Below the pieces are notes generated by a model that made no database searches, had not been told where the DNA came from, and saw nothing but the letters and a program-made list of their open reading frames with translations. A DNA stretch of 64,000 bases from Eubacteriales bacterium. GTDB lineage: Bacteria; Bacillota; Clostridia; Peptostreptococcales; Anaerovoracaceae. The DNA is taken from assembly GCA_052173355.1 (NCBI GenBank), contig JBQMYS010000001.1, positions 13,243 through 77,242 on the forward strand, given 5' to 3'. The translations under genes and the position numbers were made by a program. Of the stretch, positions 29,081 to 39,200 are shown one piece after another. The stretch's first letter is position 1. Each line of letters opens with the position of its first letter.

Positions 29081-29670
29081 ATCAGTTCCTTCAGTCTTGA
29101 TTTTAATTGTTTTTCCATATAGTATAATTCTTTTGAATTGTCTATTACAAAATCCGCCAGCTTTAATTTTTCATCATCCGGCATCTGAAAGCGAACGCGC
29201 ATGCGCACTTCGCTTTCAGATGCTTTGTCGCGTTTCATAACGCGACAAATGCGGATTTGTTCATCTGCATATACAAGCCAACTTTCAAAGCAAATCCGGT
29301 GCAAACCCGCTTCAAACAAAAGCGGTGCATCTAAAAATACTATTTTTTTTCCCAGTTTTTCAAATTTGTAAATTTCTAATTTGATGGTTCTAATTATTTC
29401 AGGCAGCATAATATCATCCAATTTTTTCTTTTGCATAGAATCCGAAAAAGCAAGTGATGCAAGCTTTTTTCTATCAAGTTTGCCGTTTACGATTATATCT
29501 TCTGTAAAGCCGGCTACAAGCTGTGCAAGCAAATCTTTGCCATCCTCATTTTTCAAAATTTCACGTGCAATTTTGTCTGCATCTATCACATCAAATCCGT
29601 TTTTGCAAATTATATCGCATACAGTAGACTTTCCGCTACCTATCCCACCTGTAATTCCTATTATTTTCAT
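29077..29670 (-). CDS. coaE: Dephospho-CoA kinase
   Basis: 197 aa with the P-loop IGITGGIGSGKST. The ATG directly abuts the polA stop (TAAATG). Confidence 0.92.
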   Translation of the reverse strand: MKIIGITGGIGSGKSTVCDIICKNGFDVIDADKIAREILKNEDGKDLLAQLVAGFTEDIIVNGKLDRKKLASLAFSDSMQKKKLDDIMLPEIIRTIKLEIYKFEKLGKKIVFLDAPLLFEAGLHRICFESWLVYADEQIRICRVMKRDKASESEVRMRVRFQMPDDEKLKLADFVIDNSKELYYMEKQLKSRLKELI

Positions 29671-32376
29671 TTATTTAAGCCCGTACCAGTCATATGCCGT
29701 ATGTATATCAACTTCCAAATTTACATTTAATTTCGCTGCATTTTCCATTGCATTTTTTAGTATTTCCTTTGAACGTTCTTCGTATTCTTTAGGTGTTTCG
29801 ATGATAAGTTCATCATGTATTTGAAGTATCAAACGTGCAGCGTTATTCTCGCAAACCAACGCCCTGTAAGTATTTATCATAGCAAGCTTTATTATATCGG
29901 CTGCACTGCCTTGTATCGGAGTATTCATTGCAAGTCTTTCCCCTGCTTGCCTTACCATGAAGTTAGCCGAATTTATTTCGGAAATATACCTTTTTCTTCC
30001 AAGTATTGTAGTTGCATAACCTTTTTCCTTAACTTCTTTTTTCAAGGTTTGCATCAAATCTGCGACTTTCGGATTTTCAGCAAAGTATTCTTTTATATAC
30101 TCTCCCGCCGTTTTGATGTCTATGGAAAGTTCTTCCGAAAGTCCGAATCCGCTCATTCCATATATTACACCGAAATTTACCGCTTTCGCATTGCTTCTTT
30201 GCAGGTTTGTTACTTCCGAAAGCGGTGTTTTAAATACTTTCGAAGCGGTTATCTTGTGAATATCAAGCCCGTTTTGAAATGCCTCAATCAGATGCGGTTC
30301 GTTAGAAAGATGCGCTAAAATTCTAAGTTCGATTTGAGAATAGTCAGCTCCTGTCAAAACATATCCGTCACAAGGAACAAATGCTTTTCGAACATTTCTT
30401 CCAAGTTCTTGACGTATCGGTATATTTTGCAAATTAGGTTCTATGCAGCTGATTCTTCCTGTTGCGGTAGCAGTTTGCTGAAAATTCGCGTGTATTTTAT
30501 TATCTGTTCCAATTAAAGGGAGCAAACCTTCTATATAGGTGCTATTTATCTTAGACAATGTGCGATATTCCAAAATAAGCGGGATAATGGGATGTGAATC
30601 TTTAATTTTTTCAAGTATGTCGGCACTTGTTGAATATCCGGTTTTTGTTTTTTTCAAAGATTTCAATCCGAGTTTTTCAAACAATATAATTCCAAGCTGT
30701 TGAGTGGAATTGATATTGAAATTCTCCCCCGCAAGTTCATGAATTTTAGATACCAGTTCGCCTATTTTTATATTTAGCGAATTCCCAATTTCATTTAAGA
30801 CGGCAGGTTCGACTGAAAATCCGTAAGCACTCATTGATGCCATCACTTCAATTAACGGCAGTTCTACATTTTTATAGATATTTTCAAGTTCTTCTCTTGC
30901 CAATCTGTCTTTGTGATTTTCAAAAATCGCATCAAGCACATCTGCTATATACGCACAAACACTAAAATATTTCTCATTATCCTCAAGCAAGCTTATTTGC
31001 TCCGAAACATCTAAAGCTTTTTCATCAATTTCTTCACCAAAAATTTCAAAATAGATATTTTTTAATTCGTATTTGCTATTGTTTGGATTCAAAACATAAC
31101 TTGATATAGCACTGTCATCTGCTGAGTTGAAATAAAATCCATCATTGATATTTAAGCGTTTTTTTAGTTTTTTTGAATTGTAGATTCGATTTAGAAACAC
31201 ATAGTAAACATCTGCTAAAAAATGTCCCTTTAATGCTACTTTTTCATTGCTTAAAATCTCTATTAAATCATCAAATATCTCCAAATCGCTTTCACAATCA
31301 ATATACGCAACTTCTTTAGATGACATAATTCCTATACCGTAAACTTGCGGTTCCGCTTTTCTACCGCCATCCGAAAACAAATGTATATAAATTTCGTTTT
31401 TGCTTTCACTTATAAATCTGCTTATATCATCACGATTGTTTAAATTTATGTATTTTCTTTCTTTGTGAACAAGCTTTGCAGTTGAGTTTTTAACTAAGGG
31501 TTCCGCTTTGTATTCACTTGGTAATTTTTTTAAAAATACTTTGAATTCAAGCTTTGTATATATTTCTTTAAGTTTTTGAAAATCAGGTTCTTTGACAGCA
31601 TAATCCGATATATTTATATCAATCGGAACAAATCGGTGAATTGTTGCGAGTTTTTGACTCATGATTGCGGTCATTTTATTTTCTTGCAAAGTTTCTTTTA
31701 CTTTTCCTTTTAGTTGATCGAGTGAATTTAGCAGATTTTCAAGAGTTTTGTACTCTAAAAGCAGTTTTATTCCTGTTTTTTCACCTATTCCTGCAACACC
31801 TGGAATATTATCGGATTTATCACCCATCAAAGCTTTCAGGTCAATGAATTGAGTCGGTGTAAGACCGTATTTTCTTATCATTTCTTCTTTATCGTAAATT
31901 TCAAATTTAGATATTCCGGTTTTTGTAATCAATACTTTCGTTTTTTCACTTGCAAGTTGGAGTGCATCTTTGTCCCCTGTAATTATCAAAGGAGAAAGTC
32001 CTTCTTCTTCTGATATTCGAGCTATTGTACCTATTAAATCATCTGCCTCAAAACCTTCAAGTTCTACTATTTGTATATTCATAGCATTTAAAATATCTTT
32101 TAATATCGGAAATTGTTCTTTCAGGTCATCCGGCATAGATTTACGATTTGCTTTGTAATCTTGATATTGAATATGTCTGAATGTTGGTGCTTTTTTATCA
32201 AATGTTACAACTATATGTGTGTACGGATAATCTTTTTCAATTTTCGCAAGCATATTTAAAAAGCCGTAAATCCCATGAGTTGTAATGCCCTCTTTTGTTT
32301 TCATCGGAGTTTGAATGGCAAAATACGCTCTGTTCATTAGGCTGTTTCCATCTATAACAATAATTCTATTTTCCAT
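29671..32376 (-). CDS. polA: DNA polymerase I
   Basis: 901 aa. It has a 5'-3' exonuclease N-terminus (IDGNSLMNRAYFA, GDKSDNIPGVAGIGEKT) and polymerase motifs (DYSQIELRILAH, RSNAKAVNFGVIYG, QIHDELI). Confidence 0.97.
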   Translation of the reverse strand: MENRIIVIDGNSLMNRAYFAIQTPMKTKEGITTHGIYGFLNMLAKIEKDYPYTHIVVTFDKKAPTFRHIQYQDYKANRKSMPDDLKEQFPILKDILNAMNIQIVELEGFEADDLIGTIARISEEEGLSPLIITGDKDALQLASEKTKVLITKTGISKFEIYDKEEMIRKYGLTPTQFIDLKALMGDKSDNIPGVAGIGEKTGIKLLLEYKTLENLLNSLDQLKGKVKETLQENKMTAIMSQKLATIHRFVPIDINISDYAVKEPDFQKLKEIYTKLEFKVFLKKLPSEYKAEPLVKNSTAKLVHKERKYINLNNRDDISRFISESKNEIYIHLFSDGGRKAEPQVYGIGIMSSKEVAYIDCESDLEIFDDLIEILSNEKVALKGHFLADVYYVFLNRIYNSKKLKKRLNINDGFYFNSADDSAISSYVLNPNNSKYELKNIYFEIFGEEIDEKALDVSEQISLLEDNEKYFSVCAYIADVLDAIFENHKDRLAREELENIYKNVELPLIEVMASMSAYGFSVEPAVLNEIGNSLNIKIGELVSKIHELAGENFNINSTQQLGIILFEKLGLKSLKKTKTGYSTSADILEKIKDSHPIIPLILEYRTLSKINSTYIEGLLPLIGTDNKIHANFQQTATATGRISCIEPNLQNIPIRQELGRNVRKAFVPCDGYVLTGADYSQIELRILAHLSNEPHLIEAFQNGLDIHKITASKVFKTPLSEVTNLQRSNAKAVNFGVIYGMSGFGLSEELSIDIKTAGEYIKEYFAENPKVADLMQTLKKEVKEKGYATTILGRKRYISEINSANFMVRQAGERLAMNTPIQGSAADIIKLAMINTYRALVCENNAARLILQIHDELIIETPKEYEERSKEILKNAMENAAKLNVNLEVDIHTAYDWYGLK

Positions 32377-32379
32377 TTT

Positions 32380-33372
32380 TTACCTCATATCGCAATATGC
32401 CCGCAGACCATATGCGGGTTTTGCGTTAATTACTGCATTTGTAATAGCTTTTTCAAGAACTTTACTCGCCGCTACTGCTACTATCTCGGCATCTGCATTT
32501 ACTTTACCGCAAGCCATCGCAAATATGGTATCGCCGTCAAATGCCGTATGCACAGGTCTAATTGAACGTGCATATGCATCGTGTGCAAGTGCCGCTATTC
32601 TATTTGCCTCCGGCTTTGTTATTATGGCATTTGTCAGTATACAAGCTATAGTAGTGTTTGTATTTGCGTTTAAATTCGGATTTGCATCTGCATTTTCAAA
32701 TACATTTTTTCCTTTAGATATATTTTTCAACATAATATCTTCTGTATTTAAAAACTCATTTTTATCTTTTTTCAAAATTCCGGCAATCTTAGTACCGCAT
32801 TCATCGGAATATACATCTCCAAGTGCGTTAAGTGCAACAATCGCACCGATTTTCACACCGTCAAATTCTTCTGCATAAAATCCAAGTCCTGTTTTCATGC
32901 TTTGTGCTTCACCTAAGTATTTCCCGACACTTGCACCTGTGCCTGCTCCATAATTACCTTGATTAAGATTTTTATTTTTTGAGTTTAAACAAGCTTCATA
33001 TCCCATAGCTTTATTCGGGCGAATTTGAAAACTTCCGACATTAAGGTCAAATATTGAAGCTGCACAAACTATCGGAACAACACCTTTTCCTACATTAAAG
33101 CCGATATTATTTTCCTCCAAGTATTTCATAGCTCCGCTCGCCGCATCAAGCCCGTATGCGCTACCGCCGCAAAGCATTACCGCATGAATCTTTTGAACCG
33201 TTTTTTCAGAACGCAAAAGTTCGGTTTCCCTACTTGCAGGTGCTCCACCATAAGTCGCAACCCCTGCAGTTGCTCCGTTTTTAGCTATTATAACTGTGCA
33301 ACCGGTAGCAGCTTTTTCATCTTCGGCATTGCCTATTTTAAAACCTTCTATATTACGTATATCTATTTCCAT
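32380..33372 (-). CDS. P1/S58 (DmpA-type) family aminopeptidase
   Basis: The sequence MEIDIRNIEGFKIGNAEDEKAATGCTVIIA...GGAPASRETELL...NTTIACILTNA is typical of DmpA/ornithine acetyltransferase-fold peptidases. It was trimmed to ATG 33372, since the track start 33432 is a GTG without an RBS. The stop is 3 nt before polA. Confidence 0.8.
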   Translation of the reverse strand: MEIDIRNIEGFKIGNAEDEKAATGCTVIIAKNGATAGVATYGGAPASRETELLRSEKTVQKIHAVMLCGGSAYGLDAASGAMKYLEENNIGFNVGKGVVPIVCAASIFDLNVGSFQIRPNKAMGYEACLNSKNKNLNQGNYGAGTGASVGKYLGEAQSMKTGLGFYAEEFDGVKIGAIVALNALGDVYSDECGTKIAGILKKDKNEFLNTEDIMLKNISKGKNVFENADANPNLNANTNTTIACILTNAIITKPEANRIAALAHDAYARSIRPVHTAFDGDTIFAMACGKVNADAEIVAVAASKVLEKAITNAVINAKPAYGLRAYCDMR

Positions 33373-33580
33373 AGTTTTCTCTATTCCTCTATATACATAA
33401 AAATCCCGTTGTGCCGTCAGACCATAATTCACGCCCTATATCAAATAGGGGGGTACCCTGCTACAAACTTTTGTCTTCCACTCAAAGGAGGCTTGACAGC
33501 CGCTTGATAGACGCGGATTCCCGAAAAAAAACTGTAGGTTGAATTAAAAGCCTTAACAAACATTCCAGGATTTAAATTTA

Positions 33581-34315
33581 TTATAATTCGATTTCGTCCA
33601 AATCCAGACTGCAATTAGTATAAACCTTTTGCACGTCATCGTTATCTTCAAGTATGTCAATCATTTTTTTTAGTTTCTTTATGTCATGTTCCTCGGATGG
33701 CGCTTGTTCCATTGAAGGCAGATATTCAATATCCGATTCCAATATCTCATAATTTTTAGCCGTCAAAGCGGAGTGAACATCCGTATAATTTGCAGGATCT
33801 GTTAAAATCTCAAAATAATCTTCTTTTGTAATAACATCTTCCGCGCCGGCTTCCAGCGCAACTTCGAGTATTTCATCTTCTGAAATACCATCAGTTTTTT
33901 CGATTATTATCATGCCCTTTCTTGAAAACATATACGAAACACAGCCGGGTGCTCCAAGATTGCCTCCATATTTGTCAAATGTAGAACGAACAAACGAAGC
34001 CGTCCTATTTTTGTTATCCGTAAGTGCTGAAACTATCACAGCAACACCGGAAATACCGTATCCCTCAAAACTGAGTTCTTCATAGGTTTCGCCGTCAAGT
34101 TCTCCCGTTCCTTTTTTTATAGCTCTTGTAATATTATCATTAGGCAAATTGATACCTTTTGCCTTTTCGATAGCTACCTTGAGCGTCGGATTGTATTCGG
34201 GGTCACCGCCGTTTTTTGCCGCGACCGTAATAGCCCTTGCATATTTTGTAAAAAGTGCCGCACGTTTTGAATCCTGCGCAGCTTTTCTTCCTGCTATAGT
34301 ACCATGTCTTCCCAC
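33581..34315 (-). CDS. yebC: YebC/PmpR family protein
   Basis: 244 aa. GRKAAQDSKRAALFTKYARAITVAAKNGGDPEYNPTLKVAIEKAKGINLPNDNITRAIKKG is the YebC signature. The start is GTG, 5 nt after GGAGG. Confidence 0.93.
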   Translation of the reverse strand: MGRHGTIAGRKAAQDSKRAALFTKYARAITVAAKNGGDPEYNPTLKVAIEKAKGINLPNDNITRAIKKGTGELDGETYEELSFEGYGISGVAVIVSALTDNKNRTASFVRSTFDKYGGNLGAPGCVSYMFSRKGMIIIEKTDGISEDEILEVALEAGAEDVITKEDYFEILTDPANYTDVHSALTAKNYEILESDIEYLPSMEQAPSEEHDIKKLKKMIDILEDNDDVQKVYTNCSLDLDEIEL

Positions 34316-34352
34316 AGAAAACCTCCTAAATATTTATGTTTCTTACACATAT

Positions 34353-34382
34353 ATTGTAACACTATCTATCAGTATTTGTCAA
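34353..34382 (-). promoter_or_regulatory. Sigma-A type promoter for yebC
   Basis: Minus strand TTGACA (34382-34377), an 18-nt spacer, then TGtTACAAT with the -10 at 34358-34353. Confidence 0.55.
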
Positions 34383-34442
34383 ACTCGTCTTGAGTAAAAT
34401 ATCATAAATTCATTGAATTTCTTTTATTACATAATTACAATT

Positions 34443-34476
34443 AAAAAATCTCCTCAATCTAATTTATGAAGAGATT
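34443..34476 (-). terminator. Rho-independent (bidirectional-looking) terminator after hcp
   Basis: Minus strand AATCTCTTCA-TAAATTAGAT-TGAGGAGATT forms a 10-bp stem with one G-U pair. A T-run follows it on both strands. Confidence 0.75.
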
Positions 34477-34519
34477 TTTTCTAATATTTTAAACTGTAAT
34501 CACAAAATTCATATAAACA

Positions 34520-36154
34520 CTAGTCGAAAAATTTTTGAATATCATCTTCAACTGTACCTATTGCTGATATACCAAAGTTGTTTACTAAAACATCCGCCAC
34601 ATTGGGACTTAGAAATGCCGGTAAAGTAGGTCCAAGTTGTATATTTTTAACACCCAGATATAGCAATGCCAATAATACAATAACCGCTTTTTGTTCATAC
34701 CACGCTATATTGTATACTATAGGTAATTCATTTATATCCTGAACACCAAAAATTTCTTTAAGTTTGAGTGCAATTATTGCAAGAGAATAAGAATCATTAC
34801 ATTGCCCCGCATCAAGAATCCTTGGAATACCTCCAATATCTCCTAAATTTAATTTGTTGTATTTATACTTTGCACACCCTGCTGTCAATATAACTGAATC
34901 TTTTGGCATCGCTTTCGCAAAATCTGTATAGTAATTTCTACTTTTGGCACGTCCATCACAACCTCCCATCACAACAAACTTCTTAATTTGTCCTGTTTTA
35001 ATTGCCTCAACTACTTTGTCCGCCAACTTAAATACTTGATTGTGGGCAAAGCCGCCTATGATTTCTCCTTGCTCTATTTCATAAGGAGGTTGACATTTTT
35101 TTGCATGCTCAATAATTTCAGAAAAATCCTTTTCTTCTCCAATTCCACCTGCTATATGTTTACAGCCCGGATAAGCGGCGGAACCTGTAGTATAAATTCT
35201 ATCTTTATAACTCTCACTTGGTGGAACAATACAATTCGTAGTCATAAGTATAGGTCCATTAAAACTTTCAAATTCTTCTTTTTGTTTCCACCATGCATTA
35301 CCATAATTTCCTACAAGATTTGAATATTTCTTAAACTTTGGATAATAGTGTGCAGGCAACATTTCTGAATGTGTATATATATCTATTCCCGTATCCTTAG
35401 TCTGTTCAAGCAACATTTCTAAATCTCTTAAATCATGACCGGATATTAAAATTCCCGGATTTTTACCTACACCTATATTTACCCTTGTCATTTCCGGATT
35501 TCCATAAGTGCCAGTATTGGCCTTATCTAAAAGAGCCATCCCTTGCACTCCGTATTTTCCTGTTTCAAGCGTAAGTGCAACAAGATCATCAACCGACATG
35601 TTGTCATTTAATGTATCAGCCAATGCCCTTTGTATGAAAGCATCTAATTCTTCATCATCTTCCAGAAGCGCATTTGCATGCTTAGAATAAGCTGAGAGAC
35701 CCTTAAGACCATATATTACAAGTTCTCTAAGTGATCGAATATCTTCATTTTCAGTAGCAAGAACCCCTATTTCTTTAGCCTTTTCCTCAAACTGTGTTTT
35801 ATTACCACTCCAATTTACACAAATAGGTAAGGATGCTCTATATGAAACTTGTGCAATCAATTTATCTTTTAATTTCAAAGTCTCTTCAATTTTTTCTATA
35901 ATCATTTCTTTGTCAAAATTTGCATTGGTAATCGTTATAAATAAATTCATAGTAATCCTATGATTTATGTCTTTGGGTATTTTTTTTCCCTCATTTCTAA
36001 GTCTCGTAGTAACCACCGACAAACTCTTAGTTACAAATACCAACAAATCCTGCATTGCCGCTACATCCGGTGTTTTTCCACAAACCCCTGACTGCTTACA
36101 TCCAACACAACCTGCGGTCTCCTGACATTGATAACAAAACATTTTATTTTCCAT
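34520..36154 (-). CDS. hcp: Hybrid-cluster protein / hydroxylamine reductase, class I type
   Basis: 544 aa. The N-terminal Cys cluster is [23 protein letters not shown] (CxxC-x8-C-x5-C spacing). The whole sequence is Hcp-like ([38 protein letters not shown]). Confidence 0.93.
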   Translation of the reverse strand: MENKMFCYQCQETAGCVGCKQSGVCGKTPDVAAMQDLLVFVTKSLSVVTTRLRNEGKKIPKDINHRITMNLFITITNANFDKEMIIEKIEETLKLKDKLIAQVSYRASLPICVNWSGNKTQFEEKAKEIGVLATENEDIRSLRELVIYGLKGLSAYSKHANALLEDDEELDAFIQRALADTLNDNMSVDDLVALTLETGKYGVQGMALLDKANTGTYGNPEMTRVNIGVGKNPGILISGHDLRDLEMLLEQTKDTGIDIYTHSEMLPAHYYPKFKKYSNLVGNYGNAWWKQKEEFESFNGPILMTTNCIVPPSESYKDRIYTTGSAAYPGCKHIAGGIGEEKDFSEIIEHAKKCQPPYEIEQGEIIGGFAHNQVFKLADKVVEAIKTGQIKKFVVMGGCDGRAKSRNYYTDFAKAMPKDSVILTAGCAKYKYNKLNLGDIGGIPRILDAGQCNDSYSLAIIALKLKEIFGVQDINELPIVYNIAWYEQKAVIVLLALLYLGVKNIQLGPTLPAFLSPNVADVLVNNFGISAIGTVEDDIQKFFD

Positions 36155-36240
36155 AATTCACCTCCACCAATATTACCGTTTTATGATAATACTTTCCAGT
36201 TAAATTTATGTACACAGTATAACTGCATTTAGAAGTGAAT

Positions 36241-36260
36241 TATGTTGTTAAAACCACATA
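36241..36260 (-). promoter_or_regulatory. 9-2-9 inverted repeat upstream of hcp (candidate operator)
   Basis: The minus strand reads TATGTGGTT-TT-AACAACATA with 1 mismatch between the arms. It is centred about 70 nt upstream of the transcription start implied by a weak TGTACA-17-TATTAT promoter candidate (36214-36186). The regulator is unknown. Confidence 0.25.
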
Positions 36261-36268
36261 TTTAAAAT

Positions 36269-39200
36269 TTATTCTGCAACATTTTTATGCGCCGTAGCCA
36301 TCATCAATTTGATTCGATTTAACTGATTTACATTGCTTGCTCCGGGATCATAGTCTATGGCTACTATATTTGCAAGTTTATCATAATTTCGTAATGCTTT
36401 CATTACACCTTTTCCCGTAACATGATTAGGCAAACATCCAAACGGTTGCAAACACGCTATATTCTTTACTCCCATTTCCATCAATTCTATCATTTCTCCT
36501 GTTAGCAGCCAGCCTTCACCGCATTGATTTCCAAGAGAAATAATTTTTTCCGCTTTTTCTGCAATTTGCTCTATATATGCAGGTTCAGAAAAACGTTTAC
36601 TTTTTCTAAGAGCTGAGCGCATAGGCTTTCTAAACACCTCTATAAACTTGATAGCTGCACTGTTTGCAAGCATCTGCATATATGTTCCTGAAAGATGCTC
36701 ATAATTAAAATGTTTGCTATACATTCCGTACAGAAAAAAGTCTATTAAATCTAAAACAATCGCTTCTCCGCCCTCTTTTTCGATTATTTTAACAATTTCA
36801 TTATTTGCATTCGGGTGATATTTTACAAGAATTTCTCCAACCACTCCAATCTTAGGTTTTTTCTCATCTGTAATAGGAATATTGTCAAAATCATCCACTA
36901 TTTGGTATAAGTTTTTGGAAAACTGATGAAAGCTTGAAGTCCCTATATTTTCTTTGATTTTTTCATTCCACGATTCATATAGCTTGTCAACCTCGCCTTT
37001 TTCAAGTTCATAAGGGCGAGTTGCATGAACCACGCGCATAAGTAAATCACCGTATACAAGTGACATTATGATTCGTTTCATAAGGCCTGCAGATAATTTA
37101 AATCCCGGATTTTTTTCAAGTCCTGCAATATTTATCGAAACTACCGGAATATGAGCAAGATTCATTGAAGCAAGTGCTTTTCGAAGAAGCGGAATATAGT
37201 TGCTTGCCCTGCATCCTCCCCCTGTCTGTGACAAAAATATAGCAAGTTTATCCAAATCGTATTTTCCTGATTTTACTTCTGAAATTATCTGCCCCAGAGA
37301 AACTATTGCAGGATAGCAAGAATCATTATTTACATAGCGTAGACCTTCTTCTACCGCATGAGTATCCGCCTCAGGAAGCAATACCGCATTGTAACCGCAC
37401 TTATTTAACGCCGCTTCGATAAAATTAAAATGCATAGGTGCCATTTGAGGAAGCAAAATCGTGTATTCTTTTTTCATATCTTTTGTAAATATCGGCTTTT
37501 CATAATTCAGTTCTTTAGGACTTCCTGTAATATTGGACTTGGCACGTTCATCCATTGCCGCTTTTAGCGATCTGATTCTGATTTTAGCTGTTCCAAGATT
37601 CGTTCCTTCGTCAATTTTCAACGTAGTATACAGTTTTGCACTATTTTGCATTATTTCTTCAACTTGGTCTATTGTTACAGCATCAAGCCCGCACCCGAAT
37701 GAGTTTAACTGAATCATCTCCATATCCGGGTTATTTACACAAAGTATTGCAGATCTGTAAAGTCTTGCATGGTAAGACCATTGATTGAGCACGCGCAAAT
37801 TTGTTTTTTCATATACCAGATGCGCTATTGATTCGGATGTCAATACAACCATATCATTAGCTGTTATCAACTTGTCTATACCATGGTTTATTTCAGGATC
37901 AAGATGATAAGGCCTACCTGCCAATACTATGCATTTTTTCTTATTTGAAGCTGCATATCTCAAGGCTTTTGCACCTTCTTTTTTTAAATCATCTTTGTAT
38001 AGTTTATCTTCATTTCTTGCGGCTTTGACTGCCGAATCTATCTCTGCATATGTTATACCAAGAGCACCGAATATATCGTAAAGTTCACGTGTTAGAGCAT
38101 AATCGTTATCATACGGCAAAAAAGGATTTGTAAAAATAACGTCATTCTCTTTAAAAATTTCCGACATATTGCACGCAATAAGTTCCGGATACGTTCCTAC
38201 AACCGGACAATTATAGTGATTGGTAGCACCTATATCCTCTATTACTTCATAGTTAATGCTCGGATAAAAAATTCGTTTCACACCCATTTTTACAAGCGCT
38301 TTTATATGCCCATGCACCAATTTTGCAGGATAACAGGCTGTATCTGAGGCTATCGTATCCATGCCGGTTTCATAAAGTTCTTTGGTTGATTTCGGAGAAA
38401 GAATAACATTAAATCCTAAATGTGTGAAAAACGTAAACCAAAACGGATAATTTTCGTACATATTTAGCACCCTTGGAATACCTATATTTCCACGCCTTGC
38501 ATACTCGCTTCCCAAACTCTTATACGAAAATAAACGTTTGTATTGATATTCGAAAAGATTTGGCAACTCGTTTTTTTTATGTGATTTACCGGCTCCCCTT
38601 TCACAGCGATTTCCTGTTACAAAATTTTCACCGCTGTTAAATTTATTTATGGTAAGAAGGCAATTATTCTCACACAATTTGCATCTTGCATTCATGTTTG
38701 TAACCGTAAATGCATCCATTTGTTCAGGTGTGATAATTGAAGATTTGGTACCATCAATATAATTTTCCTTTGATACAATAGCTGCACCGTATGCCCCCAT
38801 TATGCCCGAAATATCAGGACGTACCACTTCTCGTCCAAGCGTGTTTTCAAAGCTCTTTAAAACAGCATCATTTAAAAATGTACCGCCTTGCACTACAATT
38901 TTTTCTCCGGCTTCACTTATATCGCGCAGTTTAATTACTTTGAAAAGCGCATTTTTTATTACAGAGTATGAAAGTCCTGCGGAAATATCCCCTATAGTTG
39001 CGCCCTCTTTTTGCGCCTGCTTTACTTTGGAATTCATAAAAACGGTACAACGCGTTCCTAAATTTACAGGAGCTTTTGCATAAATAGCTTCCTGCGCAAA
39101 ACTGAATATATCCATATTAAGTGATTTTGCATAAGTTTCAAGAAAAGATCCGCAACCTGATGAACAGGCTTCGTTTAGCATAATATTATAAATTGAACCG

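Noticed and set aside
32315-32878. The largest plus-strand ORF (187 aa). The same applies to all other plus-strand ORFs in the track, e.g. 29815-30318, 26857-27339, 50847-51311, 43882-44334 and 11677-12108.
   Set aside because: Each is antisense to, and fully contained in, a minus-strand gene with clear family signatures. Their sequences are low-complexity (S/F/I/L-rich), as expected for shadows of AT-rich genes, and none has a convincing SD.
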